A model generated the notes under the pieces. That model was given only the letters and a program-made list of their open reading frames with translations, was not told the origin of the DNA and made no database searches. Of a stretch of 64,000 nt of DNA, positions 13,963 to 26,390 are shown one piece after another. The position numbers and the translations under genes are program-made. Each line of letters starts with the position of its first letter. Positions within the stretch are counted from its first letter, which is position 1. Source of the DNA: the human T2T-CHM13v2.0 reference genome, Homo sapiens; NCBI RefSeq assembly GCF_009914755.1, contig NC_060931.1; one strand, given 5' to 3'.

Positions 13963-14715
13963 TATTTGGGGTAATTTTTGCTGCCTTCTTTACAATTTTT
14001 CTTTTCTTAATATTCTACAATGAATATATGTAAATAAATATATATAGTATATATAGTATATGTACACACTTGTGTTAATGAGGCATTATGGAAATTAAAT
14101 TATAAATATGGCTAGTATCAAGAAAGTCCTAATTCAAGTTTCATTACAAAAATTGTTTCCCACTACTCAAATATGATAAAGCACTTTTAACATAAACAAT
14201 TTTTATAGGCAAATTATTGTGTTGGAGGCCCTCTCAATTGGTTCATGATCATGCATAGCTCCTAAAATATAAGAAGGTAACAATTTATAATACAATGGAT
14301 TTCAATCGATGCCCTTTGCCATTAAATCACACTAGAATTCAATGACACAACTGATTAACAATTAAATTAATGGTGGTGACCTTGCAAATGAAAAGTGATA
14401 TATAGTATTTATATTTTCCTCATCTTCCCTCTGTTTCTGAAAATGTAAAAATATTCTTTTAATGTTTGTAGTTTTTAATCTTAAAAACACAATGTTGAAG
14501 AGGAATTATCTGGAGAGTGCTAGATTAGAGTCAATTAAGATTTCCAAATTAAATTTTTAAATTTATAACTAGAGAGATTTTTAAAATGTTAGCAGTATTT
14601 TTTCCCCAGATTATCTATCTGCATAAGATTCTAGAGAATTCTGAGACATTCTTCTTGCTTTAGAGTTGGGTGCTACATAAACATTAATCAGTGCTAAGTA
14701 AAAACAAACCAAATA

Positions 14716-14750
<35 letters not shown>
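14716..14750. repeat. (TG)n(TA)n microsatellite
   Basis: Directly visible. Confidence 0.9.
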
Positions 14751-16234
14751 GCACCCCCATTGTTTAGTATCAGTAAATTTTACTAGAAATACTGAACAAG
14801 TATATGGCAAGCAATTGACAAAAATATTGGTTCCTGATCTCCTTTTAAATAGTATCTATGATGCTAAATAAAAAGTGTTCTAATAATAGAGGAAATATTT
14901 TCATATTTTAGGTCATATACATATACACAACATAATAGGGACGGGGAGAGGCATCATGAAATAACTCAAGGTAGTATACTATCTGAAAATTTATACTTAT
15001 GAAAATTTATGTTATAAAAATAAAGTTAAATTGCTTTTTTAAAATTGCTTTAGGGTTTAGCTCTCTGTCTACATAGTTGGCAACCTTGGGTGACTTATTT
15101 TATTGTAATCTATTGTTATGTTAATTTCCCCTATTGCTACTTGTATAATTTTTATATACATAAGGCCTCAATAAATAAACTCTTTGAATAAAAAAGAACC
15201 CTAAGCATCTTTTTGCAAATAGTTCTAAATCATGAAAACACTAATATTTTTAATGCTCTAAGAAGCTAATGAACCAGAAATATCTTTAACCAAAGGCACT
15301 TTTCCTTTGGTTTTCACAAAGCAGAGAATCCTAATGGACAGGCAAGATAAATCATTTACTGTGTAAAACACTCATATACCTATTGAAAGGGTAACCACAT
15401 CAAATGTTCTCTGGCTATTTAAATTACCTACAAAAAGAAATCTTAGCAAAGTGCAAAATGTGATAGACATTTGCAGTCTATCTGTAACTAGCCCAATTCC
15501 TTCAAAGAGAAATGTGAACATAAAATGCAAAAGCATGACTGAGGAGTCATTTCATGCATTCCTTGATTCCTCAGAATGGCTACAAGCAACGTTCTCATCT
15601 AGTGTGGGGCCTCACTATGCAAATCTGCCAAGGTTATCCCCGTGGGCAACCTACAACCAACGTGTCTTTGCCTTGGGCTCAGTGAGTTGACTATAATGGT
15701 TATCCTGGCAAGACGGAGCTGATCCTCTCTCAGAAGTAGACGATAAGATATTATCCAGCTAAAAGTTAAAAGTGGAAGACAGCTTACACTTCAAGGACTG
15801 GAGAAATCAAATTCAGTAATGCCATTTCTCAGAGGAAGTCTCAGATTAAGGACATAGACAATAAAGCTTTATATAAGGAAAATATTTGTTTAAGGTTGAA
15901 AAGGCTAAGATATAAACATCCAGTCAGTTTGATTTAAGGTGGAAAAAAAAGAATCTAATTCTTAGAATGGAGCTAGGGATATCAGTGGAAACTCTTCTTC
16001 CCTACACAAGTGACTTGACATGTTTCTTGTTTTTGATTCTAAAGTTGTTTTAGAAATTCAGATGTGAAAATACAAACATTCTCTGCTTTTTTCTCCCTTG
16101 TAGCTTTGATTCCTCAATATTCAATTTTTCAGCCAATCACATTAACTCTATGTCCAATTGATTTCCCATATGCCTGCTTTATTTTCTGTGGTTACCACTT
16201 CGGGACATCCTTCTCACTTCAATCCCCATTCTTC

Positions 16235-16838
16235 TGTGGTAGGCAAAAATTTGTAAATCCCCCAACCAAGGGTGTCCTGTCCTGATCCCCAAAACCTGTA
16301 TTTATGACAAGATATCACTCCCATGATCATGTTATAGTATATGGCACAACTGACTTTCAGATTATCCAAATCAGCCGAATGTAATCACATCACTCTATAA
16401 AAGCAAAGAACGTTTTTTTCCCACTGGTGGAAGAAGAGAAAGTCATAGAGATTAGAAATATGAGAAGCACTCAAATGCCATTCCTGACTTGAAGTTGGAG
16501 ATATCCATGTGAGATGCAATATGAGGAGCCTCTAGGAGAGAAAGTGGCCCTGTCTGGCTCACATTCAGCCAGGAAACATTATCCTCATGCTACAGCAATA
16601 AAGAACTGAATTTTTCCAGCAACCTGAATTACCTTGCAAGAGAGTTTTTCCCCAGTGCCTTCAAATGAGAACCCACCCTAACCAACCTTGATTTCAGCCT
16701 TATGAGACCCTAAGCTGAGAACTCAGCCAAGCTCACATGGACTCCTGACCTATAGAAACTGTGACATAATAAATTTGTGTGGTTTTAAGCTGATGAGTTT
16801 GTGGCAATTTGTTATACAGCAATAGCAAAAGAAGATAC
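16235..16838 (+). mobile_element. MaLR LTR (MLT1E-like)
   Basis: tgtggtaggca start; ccttgatttcagccttatgagaccct; ctcctgacctatagaaactgtgacataataaatttgtgtggttttaagc...ttgttatacagcaatag. Confidence 0.8.
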
Positions 16839-17981
16839 CTTCCCACCTAGCCATATTCATCAGATCAGCCTTTATAAATGACTCCATTCATCTTAACATT
16901 TGACTATGTAAAAATCTACAAGTCTTCTCAATGTTTCAGACCAAATTCAAAACCTTTATTTTGACTTTAAGATGCCAGTAAATTAATAAGCCAAAGTTTC
17001 TTATCCTACCAAAATTTTTACTATTCTTGTATAAAGATGCTCCTCTAATACTTTGTTGCATTTGTTCTCCCATTTGTCATGTTATAATTTTCTATGTATT
17101 TGTCTGTCACCTCCATTAAACTGGACATTAATTCCTTATATTCTCAGTACCTAGGACATCACTTGGCATCAGTAGATCTGTAATCCCACTCATGGATGAA
17201 ACAACTCCACATTAAATCCAGGCCAGACCCTTACTGTTCTTTGACCAGGCCATGCAGAGCTCCTGCCTCTTTGCCTTGGCTAATATGCTTCCCTCAGCTG
17301 GAATATCTCATTTCTTCCACTATCTACCAACGTGCTGAGGGAAGAGTCAATATAAGACAGTCAATATACGGGTCCTTTGTTGAGGCAAAAAACTACTCTG
17401 GATTAATGTCTCCTTACATGATTGCAGAACACAACTAAAAAATCTGCATAGAAACAAGAGCCCACTAGTCTGGAGCCATAGAGTCTCCTTGACACTGAAA
17501 GGATACAGCCCTTCGGGGATATGTTTGTCAATTTCTTAACAAGTCTATGAATTTCTTGAGTAAAAGAACCACATTTTCTATTTTTTGGATACCACTAATA
17601 ATATCTCATTGGCATAGAATATATGCTTAAGGAACCAAATTTGCACTTAAGCTTCACAAATTTCAGACAACATAGCAACTGGTGTAGTTATCTTACTGCT
17701 CACTTTGTCACTATTTCTTTAATTCAAACTCCCTCCCTGCCTTGACTTACCAAACTGAAGCTGGATGGGAGAAACAGTGGGAGTAATAATACAACTAGGG
17801 CCCAGAGAAAACTTTCTCAAGATCACGTAGCTAGAAACATACTGGACCCAGGATTGAAACCTGTGGTTTCTGACGCCACAGCTCTGCCCATCATAACTCC
17901 CACACCTTCTTGCCTATCTCCACCCAACTCCCAGTCCCTAACAGTCTAGGATAAGAATCCTTTGTATTCCTACAAAGAGGT

Positions 17982-18337
17982 TGCTATGATTTGAATGTTT
18001 GTTTCTTCCAAAAAAAAAAAAAAAACTCACATTGAAATTTAATTGCCATTGTAAGAATATTAAAAGGTGGAACCTTTAAAAAGTGACTGGGTCATTAGAG
18101 CTCCACCCCGCTGGGTAGGATATGTGCTATGACACAGGGCAAGTTTGGTGACCTCTTGCCGTCTCTTGCTCTTCCACCATCTGCAAGGGGAAGAGGCAAC
18201 AAGAAGGCCCTTGCCAGATGCTGGCCCCTTGATCTTGCACTTCTCAGATTCCAGAGCTGAGAGCCTATACAGTTCCATCTATTACAAATTACCCCGAATC
18301 AGGTATTCTGTTATAGCAGCAGAAATGGACTAAGATA
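17982..18337 (+). mobile_element. MaLR LTR (MSTB/C/D-like) with internal poly-A run
   Basis: tgctatgatttgaatgt...gccagatgctggccccttgatcttg...tattctgttatagcagcagaaatggactaagata. Confidence 0.85.
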
Positions 18338-19049
18338 GTGTATAATTCATGGGTAGAAAAATAATGAAATGACATGAGTGTTTTGAGATAGGCTTTCGAC
18401 TACAAATATTAGAGACAAACCCTAAAAAGGATTACATAGAACTATCTTTATATGAATACACATATCAGACAGATAGACATTCAAACTTCCTCTGTCCAAG
18501 TCCTATACATGCCACTCCTTAGTATTTTCAGATTGCATCTTAGAGAAATCATTATTTTATATCAAAAAGTAGCTGGCCTTGACAGAGTATAATCAGGTTC
18601 ACAGTTTATGGTTCTACTGTGATTAAAATTAGAACTTTGATGCTTGTTTTATAGATGAGAAATGACCTTCATATAATGTACATTGTTAGTAAATGATTTC
18701 TAAAACCACCTAGGGCATTTCTTTAAATCTAATTAAAAGCACAATTTCAAAACAAGCAGATCAAAATGTTTCCTATAAATCAGCCTGGTGTAGTACTAAT
18801 AAAAAGTAATAAGGAGAAAATATTTTAATATTTACATATGAAAAGAAGTTCATGCTAAATTTTACAAAAGGCAGTTGTACCTGCTAATTGGATGTGTTAC
18901 TAAACATAATTTATGCAAAGAATTCACCTTTTGGTGTAAACTAATATATATATCAGTCATTACATTACATTGATATTGCTAGATTATGGTGGGGATCAGG
19001 TCTCCCTAGCTTACTGCCTGATATGTAAGTATGCAAGAAATGTTACAGA

Positions 19050-19332
19050 ATGGAGATAGAAGGTAAAGAAAGACAAACGTAGAGTAATGTGGAAAGGAAG
19101 GGGACAGAGTGAAGGGAGAAAATAAAGAAGACAGACAAAGAATATAAAGGAATGAGAAACTAGAAAAAATAGAATGGGAGGGAGGGAGAAGAAAGGGAGG
19201 GAGGGGGAAGGAAAGGAGGAAGGGAAGAAGTAGAAACAGAAAGGGAGAAAGGAAGAAAAAAGAGAAAGGGAAAAAGAGAGAAAGGGAAAGAAGGAAGATG
19301 TGAGAAAGTAGAAAAGGGAGAGAAATGGAAGG
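19050..19332. repeat. GA-rich low-complexity purine tract
   Basis: About 280 bp of nearly pure purines on the + strand. Confidence 0.85.
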
Positions 19333-19962
19333 CAGGCATACTCCTTGCCCTCTTTTTCCCTTTCTCCTGCTGGCAAAGCCTGCTCCTCAGCCAGATGAAA
19401 GATTTGTTGTCTTAAGCATGCCATGTTCTGCAGGTCTCATAGTTGCCTATTTATACCAACCCTTTTCCTCCTGGTAAACTTCTCCTCATTGTTAAACATT
19501 CAAACAGTAATGCCTCCCCTAGTCCAGGTGCTTCAGGAAGAATCAGAGACACCGGCCTTCCTGCTTCCCTATGACTTCTGCTGTCTCAGAGAGTCAAGTG
19601 AAGTTACCATTAGATACTTTTCTCATTATTGTGTAGCTGTTGCTGTAGTGATAGGTGGTCTCCCCATTACGGTGTGATCTCCTTGAGTCAGGAAATGGTC
19701 TCAGCACTTTGTATTCCTAGATTCTTGCACAGGGCTTGGTTCACAGGAATTATTCAATAATTCTATAAATTATCACATTCAGTTCTCACAACTAACCATG
19801 TGAATTAGGCGTTATATTCTACATTTCAAAAGAGAATAAACCTCAATTCAGATTATTTAAGTGACTTGTACAGTAACACTCGTGTAAGTGAGCCTGAAAA
19901 TAATTCTTTTGTTTTCACTGATGAGATCTAGAATTGAAATAATAAGTTCTAAGAATTAAAGT

Positions 19963-20045
19963 ACAACAAACTCCCATGACACAAGTTTATCCAAGTAACA
20001 AACCTGCACTTGTACTCCAAACTTAAAAGCTAAAAAAAAGAAAAT
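19963..20045 (+). mobile_element. L1PA 3' end fragment
   Basis: aaactcccatgacacaagttta...gtaacaaacctgcacttgtact followed by an A tail. Confidence 0.75.
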
Positions 20046-21829
20046 GCCACGAAAAGTTCTTTAATGTATTTTTAAATGATAAGTGGAAATAAGGCCAAAT
20101 TGTGCCTGTTTCATTGTGAATTTTTGAGAATTGTATTCTTCCCACGTATCTATATGAGAAAGGGAAAATTTGTGTTAATTTATGAAACAGAAACCTAAGA
20201 TGCGCCATGTTCTCTTATTTGTTATTTATAGGAACTGGCTTATAAAACTGGGGCAAAAATAAAAATTCTACAACTGAAAGCATTTGCATTTGTTTTAGAC
20301 ATAGAGTTTTACATCAACTAAAGATTTGTGAATTTTTGGTGTGTTCTTTCATATATTAATTCAATAAATGTTTCCTGCCCATATATGCTAAGTAAGCACT
20401 GACTCTCTGTTTAATCTTACTTTAGTTTACACTTGTTAAAATATTTTCCCATGCCATACATTTCTAGTTCAAACATGGAATTAATTTTCTTTGGTGGCTT
20501 TTTGTTGGTTTTCCAATCTTATATTTTGTTTATTTTGCAATAGGACGTCGAGTTTAAGTAAACTATGTGTTCAGCCAAGGTTATGCATTCCTCTTGTTTT
20601 ATAAATTGTCATTATTCATACAAGACTTTGCTCTTTTCTACTGTATTATACAGTATTTTGTGATTTCCTTTATTTTGTCTTATAATTACAGTTTGGGATA
20701 TATATTCAGTATATCATTTTATATTTGAGCAAAATCACAAATCTATTAATATTGCTAAGACAGTTTTCCAACAGAGCTATGATTTCCGAGTATTTGCCCT
20801 ATAACTTCAAGGATACAATAAAATTTAACTTAAGGGCTTAAAATCTAAGCAGAACTGGTGCTGTTTCATCAGGCAATGCATTGAATGGTTTATAAACTGA
20901 ACATGAAAATGTCTAAAAGAAGGCGTCTCCCAGAGCCCATTAACCTTCAAGACGCCTTAGCCTTTCTCTTTTTTTTTTTCTGACATGAGTAAAGTGAACA
21001 GGATTTTAATAAAAGTCCTGCAGCAGATATTCCTGAAAGGTCAGGGCTCATGATAAAGCTGCCAGCACTGCAACTTTAAGAAAAGAGATCCCGACGACCT
21101 TTAATAACACTAGGTCTGCCAGTGCTCATTGTAGAGGATCTGTATTTTAAAATTCCATTTGAGAAACTGACTCCCCCATTTGACAGGATCATGGTCTTTA
21201 ATCTTACTTTTGGTGTGTAAGAGCTGGCGGTATGCCCCATGGAAACTTGCATTTTGTATGCTTCTGAGGACCTTGGGAAATAATTTTCTCTAGTGATAGA
21301 AATGCTTCCCCGTCTTCAACTTTGACTTTCTGATCACCCATTTCATTAATACTAAGTACACCATATCTGAAAGTAGAAGGAATTTAATATTGAAGAAGTA
21401 GACTTGATACACCAAAGCTTCTATTTCATTTATTTTCATTTTCGTTCCTTAATCTCTCTTCAGCTTTTTATAGATTGAATAACTCTGAAATCAGGAATTA
21501 GTGATATACAACAGTAATTTCCACATCTATGTTTTCACTAGTAGAACAAAGGTACAATTATTACTAAAAATATATTTGTTATTATAACTCCAATTTAATA
21601 AGGGGTAAACAAAGACTTTAAAAACTTCAGTAAGTTGCTCGAGTTAACATAGGTAATAAATAACAATGCCAGAATTTACTGTTTTCAGATCACTCAGTTT
21701 CAAAACCTCATACAATTTCCATTCTCTAAGATGTACATCTACATTTCTGTCTTCATCATCTCAGTTTAAATTAAATTAACAAATAACTCTTTGGAAGCTA
21801 GAATAACATTATGAGTAAAAAGTAAAATC

Positions 21830-22720
21830 TTGATGTAAACTATTCCAGAGAATAGAAATAGAGGGAAACTTTCCCCATTCTTTTTGTGAAGTAATTTCAT
21901 CAATGAAAAATCTGGCAAAGAATTTACCAAAAGAAAGCAAAAACAAAAACAAAACAACAACAATAACAACAACTCAGACCACTCTCACCAGAGTGCCAAT
22001 CGAAAGTCTTCAATAAAATAACACTAAATAAAATTGAATACCACATTATAAATGATATCACACCATCAAGTGAAGATTCTTCTAGCAAGCCAAGGCCGTT
22101 CAACACTAGGAAGTCTAATAGTATAATTCACATCATAATAATAGAGCCAATGAGTAAAGCAATATCATAATCTCCAGAGATGTTGAAAAGGCATCAGACA
22201 AAATTCAATACTAGTAATTTAACAAAAACAAAAACAATCTGTAACATAAGAATTGATGAATTGATGACTCCTTTGTAAACATGAGAGTGTACTTGTATGT
22301 ATGTATATGACTATATTTGTATATATAGTTTTGTTTATATCTTCATCAAAAGCCATTTATATCTCCATCAAAAGCAGTATTTAGCCAGCATCTTCCTTAA
22401 AGGACAAACACTAGAGACCTTTCCACTAGAACAAGATGGTGCTACCCACTGTTTTTACTGTGATTTAATGTTATATTGGAGATCTATGACAAAGAAAGCA
22501 ATTAGAGGCCTACAACTTGGGGAGACAGAGCTAGAACTACCTCTGCTTACAGATGATATTATTAGTTACTTGAAAACTGAAAAGTATCAATGAAACAACT
22601 AGTATATAGAAAGAGAGAATTTAAGAAGATGGCAAGCATAACTTTAACATACAGAAATCACTAGCCTACATGTAATTACAAACAGTTTTGAAGATATTAT
22701 GAAGGTGAGCAGAAAACCTT
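21830..22720 (+). mobile_element. Ancient L1M ORF2 (RT region) fragment
   Basis: ASIFLKGQTLETFPL resembles L1 [15 protein letters not shown]; LPLLTDDII resembles LSLFADDMI. Confidence 0.75.
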
Positions 22721-22895
22721 TTAACCTTAATTCCAAATAATAGTTTTTCAATTTTTTTTCTTTCATTGGAGAGGTGGGGCAAGTGTGATGTGTGCCTAGA
22801 ACAATGAGATTTTGTGACTCAGAAGAAAGGAAAGAGGAAACATCTCAGTAGAGAACCTTGCATGGGGAAGAGGGAAATTTGTTGCTGTGAAGCAG

Positions 22896-22972
22896 TACTT
22901 TAGAAAAATTAATCACAGAAAAAAATACAACTAGATACTTTAGAAAAATTAATCACAGGAAAAAAAATACAA
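22896..22972. repeat. Tandem duplication, period 40
   Basis: tactttagaaaaattaatcacag(a/g)aaaaa..tacaa occurs twice. Confidence 0.9.
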
Positions 22973-23589
22973 TCAGGATGCGATGAGAACCTGAAAAGGT
23001 GAAGCAGCAGTGTTAACGGAATGGACGGGATAATAGGAGACATTTAAAAGGATCAACCATATTAATGGCTGGAATCAAACATTTGTAGAAAGAAGTAAAT
23101 CAATTAAGGCAGGGACAGAATGTTAACCAGGAGGTCTGTATAATCATTTGGTGATAAGTGTAGAAACACCAGTAAAAGGAGTGCTATAGAAATTGTGGTC
23201 AATAACTATTCCACTAAGAGTTTCTACTAGTTCACATCTCTTGATGAAAATCATTTAAAAGTTACAAAGTAGTCAGGCCTTCGATATGAATTCAAAACTA
23301 ACTGGACCAGTACTTTTCCTTTTTTTCTGATATTTTCCTTTGTTCTCATATGTCTATTCCAAAAAGCCAAATATAAATGCCTTTCATTTCACTGTGTCAT
23401 GCTGAGAAAGGCAAGATGAAAAGGGCGAGAACAAAGAAAAAGAACAGATGAAAAAGTAATGTTGGAAGTTGTAAAGGAGTTCTCTGGGCTTTTTTCCCAT
23501 CACTTACAAGTTGGAAGGTGAAAATTAAAGCTCACCAGACATCAAGAATGTCATTTTCCTTCGACTCAATGTGCTTCCATTTTGGGTTC

Positions 23590-23931
23590 TTTGCAGTTGT
23601 AACGCTCAGCCGGAAATTCTTCTTCCACCATATCCTACATCGCTGATCACTTGGTCAAATGCCACATCACCAGAAAAGCCCATCTCCCACTGTTCTGTAT
23701 CCCCTGAACCTTGCTGTATTTCCCACTGTAGCGCTTACTGTATATTTAGTTGTTCATAATTTATCTCCTCTCGTGAGACTACAAAGTTCAAGATACGAGA
23801 GTTTTTTTTTTTCCTGTTTTTCTTATATTCCCTTCGCTGTTGCATTCTGAGAGCCTGAAACTGTTATCTGCCATATAATAGGCATCCACGAGATATTGGT
23901 TAAATAAATGAATGAACAAATTAATGAATGA
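23590..23931 (+). mobile_element. L2 3' end
   Basis: Ends gccatataataggcatcc...taaatgaatgaacaaattaatgaatga, the L2 (tgaa)n tail. Confidence 0.7.
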
Positions 23932-25272
23932 GCAAGCCCTAGAAACAGTATTCTACAAAGTTCTTACAATTATATTTTATTTTGTAATCAAGACAATTTC
24001 AAGAAAGAAAAAACAATTAGAGCATTTTCCCTTTAAAAAATACTAAGCAATATCTATGCTACATAGTTTATTTTCAATGAATCAACAAAAAAAAATCTGA
24101 TCTTTCTTGAATTCTTGAAGTTGACCAGTTTTTTCAAAAGGGAGGCAGTGATTAGTTTTGGGTGGCCACATCTCCTCCTGCCTGTTTCCAGCTCTTTCTC
24201 TTTGTATTAGAGTATTTCTCCTTTTCATTCAGACTCACATTTGTTAAGCTTCAAAGCACTCCATGGTTTATTATGGATTTTTCACTCTAGGAAAGAGGTC
24301 ATCACTTTATTAAACATTAAATAATGGTGATAATCAATAATAATTGATATATTGTCTCTATTGGTACTATCAGAAAAAACAAACAGCATTTCAGGTTACT
24401 ATGTGCATCAAGAATTCTAATGTTTTGAAAATCTGCATAATATATCAAATGTGCTGTGATTTATTTATCTACCTGTTTAGTGTTGAACAGTAAATTTTAT
24501 TCCATTTTTTGGTGTTATAAATAGAAACGTGGATCTCTCTTGGCACTTGTCCTTATGTCCAATTTCATCCCAAATTCATGCAAAATTAATCAAATTGCAA
24601 GCTCTTGATGCATAGACTCACAAGCAGAAGTCTACTTATTGAGATACTGTGTTGATAACATGGTATAACTTTCATGTTGCTTCTCTCTAACTTATGAACT
24701 TGTTGTCCTTTCATCAGTGAAAATGAAAATGAAGAACTATCACTTAAGAAAGTTCTACTACAGATACGCCAGGGCTTTGATATCAGACTTGACCTGAAGG
24801 GCTCCTCTAGTTATGAGCTGAGGGATGAGAAGCGGACATGCAGGAAGATCCCCTTGGCATGGCAACCTTTGCAAAGCACTGCCTGATAGTCTCCCTCCTG
24901 CTGTGCCCAGTGTCAAGAGAATGAGCTTATAATATTTTGTAAAATATGTAGATTGAGAAATCGGAATCTCATTTATCCCAGAAAACAGATTTCCTAGTAT
25001 CAATATAGCTTAACTTTTTCTTGAAATGAAGGTCATTTTACGAACATAAATTTTTCTCCAAAATGAATTCAAACAGAATTTTAAAAGTATGGAGCTGGCA
25101 TAAATATTTTGTGAACTGAATATAAACACTTTGACTTCATTTCTCATATGTATTTCACATGCATGAAATCAAGAGAGAAAGAAATTCCATTGGCATTCAG
25201 CCAAGGAAATTGATTTTTTTTTACCACTGTGCCACTGTATTATGGTTTATTATCTCCAGAATATTACTCTAA

Positions 25273-25480
25273 ATAGTGCTACCCAACAGAATTTTCAGCA
25301 GTGATGGAGATATTCTGTATCTGCACTGTCCAATATGGTAGCCTCTAGCCACACATGATTGTTGAACACTTAAAATATGGCTAATGCAACTAACTAAGGA
25401 ACTACATTTTAATTGTATTTAATTTTAGTTAATTTTAATTTTGGTTTTAATATTTGCATTTGGTTAGTGGGACAGCCCAG
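25273..25480. mobile_element. MER3-like hAT-Charlie element
   Basis: cagtgatggagatattctgtatctgcactgtccaatatggtagcc...acttaaaatatggctaatgcaact. Confidence 0.75.
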
Positions 25481-25614
25481 CCATCGGGTAGGTCATTCCA
25501 TTTCTGCATTTCTTTTATCCTCTCTCCACATTCTGCTTGAAAGCTGAGAAAGCTGCCTTGTACCTCCAGTTCTATGATTTCACTCTGGATACTGCTAGAA
25601 AAGTAGCCCTTTAC

Positions 25615-26067
25615 CTATGACAGAATGGTGGTTTCCAGAATGTACTAATCCCCAAACCTATGAATATGTCACCTGACATGACAGCAGAGACTTTGCAGAT
25701 GTGACTAAATTAAGGATCTTGAGGTTTAGAGATTATCTTGGAAATGTGGGTGAGCTCAATATGATCACTTTTCAGAGGGAGGCAGTAAGGTTAGAAATGA
25801 AGAGGAGATGAAAAGACTACCAGGACCAAAACAGGATAGAGAGGAAAGAAGATGCTACGTTGCTGGCTTGAATATAGAGGAAATGGGCCATGAGCCAAGG
25901 AATGCAGACTGCCTTTCGAGGTTGGAAAGGCAAGGAAACAGTTTCTCTCCAACAAGAACTTCCACATTTGAAACTTCTGGCCTCCAGAATTTTAAGACAA
26001 TAAAATTGTGTTGTGGTAAGCCACTAAGTTTGTGGAAATTTGTTACAGAAACAGTCGGAAACTAGCA
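25615..26067 (+). mobile_element. MaLR LTR (MLT1C/D-like)
   Basis: gactttgcagatgtgactaaattaaggatcttgag...gagccaaggaatgcag...aagccactaagtttgtggaaatttgttacag. Confidence 0.85.
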
Positions 26068-26128
26068 TTCTGTCCTGGAAAATCACTTGTTCCCAGGACA
26101 CTGATCTGTGATGAAATAGGTAGGTCTG

Positions 26129-26390
26129 AAACAGGAAACCAAACACCGCATGTTCTCATTCATAAGTGGGAGTTGAACGATGAGAACACATGGACACAGG
26201 GAGGGGAACATCACACACCAGGGCCTGTCAGGGGATGGTGGGCTAGGGGCGGAATAGCATTAGGAGAAATACCTAATGTAGATGACAGGTTGATGGGTGT
26301 AGCAGACCACCATGGCATGTGTATACCTATGTAACAAACCTGCACTTTCTGCACGTGTATCCCAGAGCTTAAAAAAAAAGAAAGAAGAGG
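26129..26390 (+). mobile_element. L1PA (about PA6-8) 5'-truncated 3' end
   Basis: aaccaaacaccgcatgttctcattcataagtgggagttgaac...gtaacaaacctgcac followed by A tail; TSD core taggtctg. Confidence 0.92.

Noticed and set aside
19011-19424. 137-aa Phe/Ser/Leu-rich ORF
   Set aside because: Reverse-strand translation of the GA-rich low-complexity tract.
21036-21043. AAAGGTCA (NR4A response element) as an enhancer in repeat-free sequence
   Set aside because: The 8-mer also occurs near 33788 and 62563, so it is at chance level. Conservation or chromatin data would be needed.
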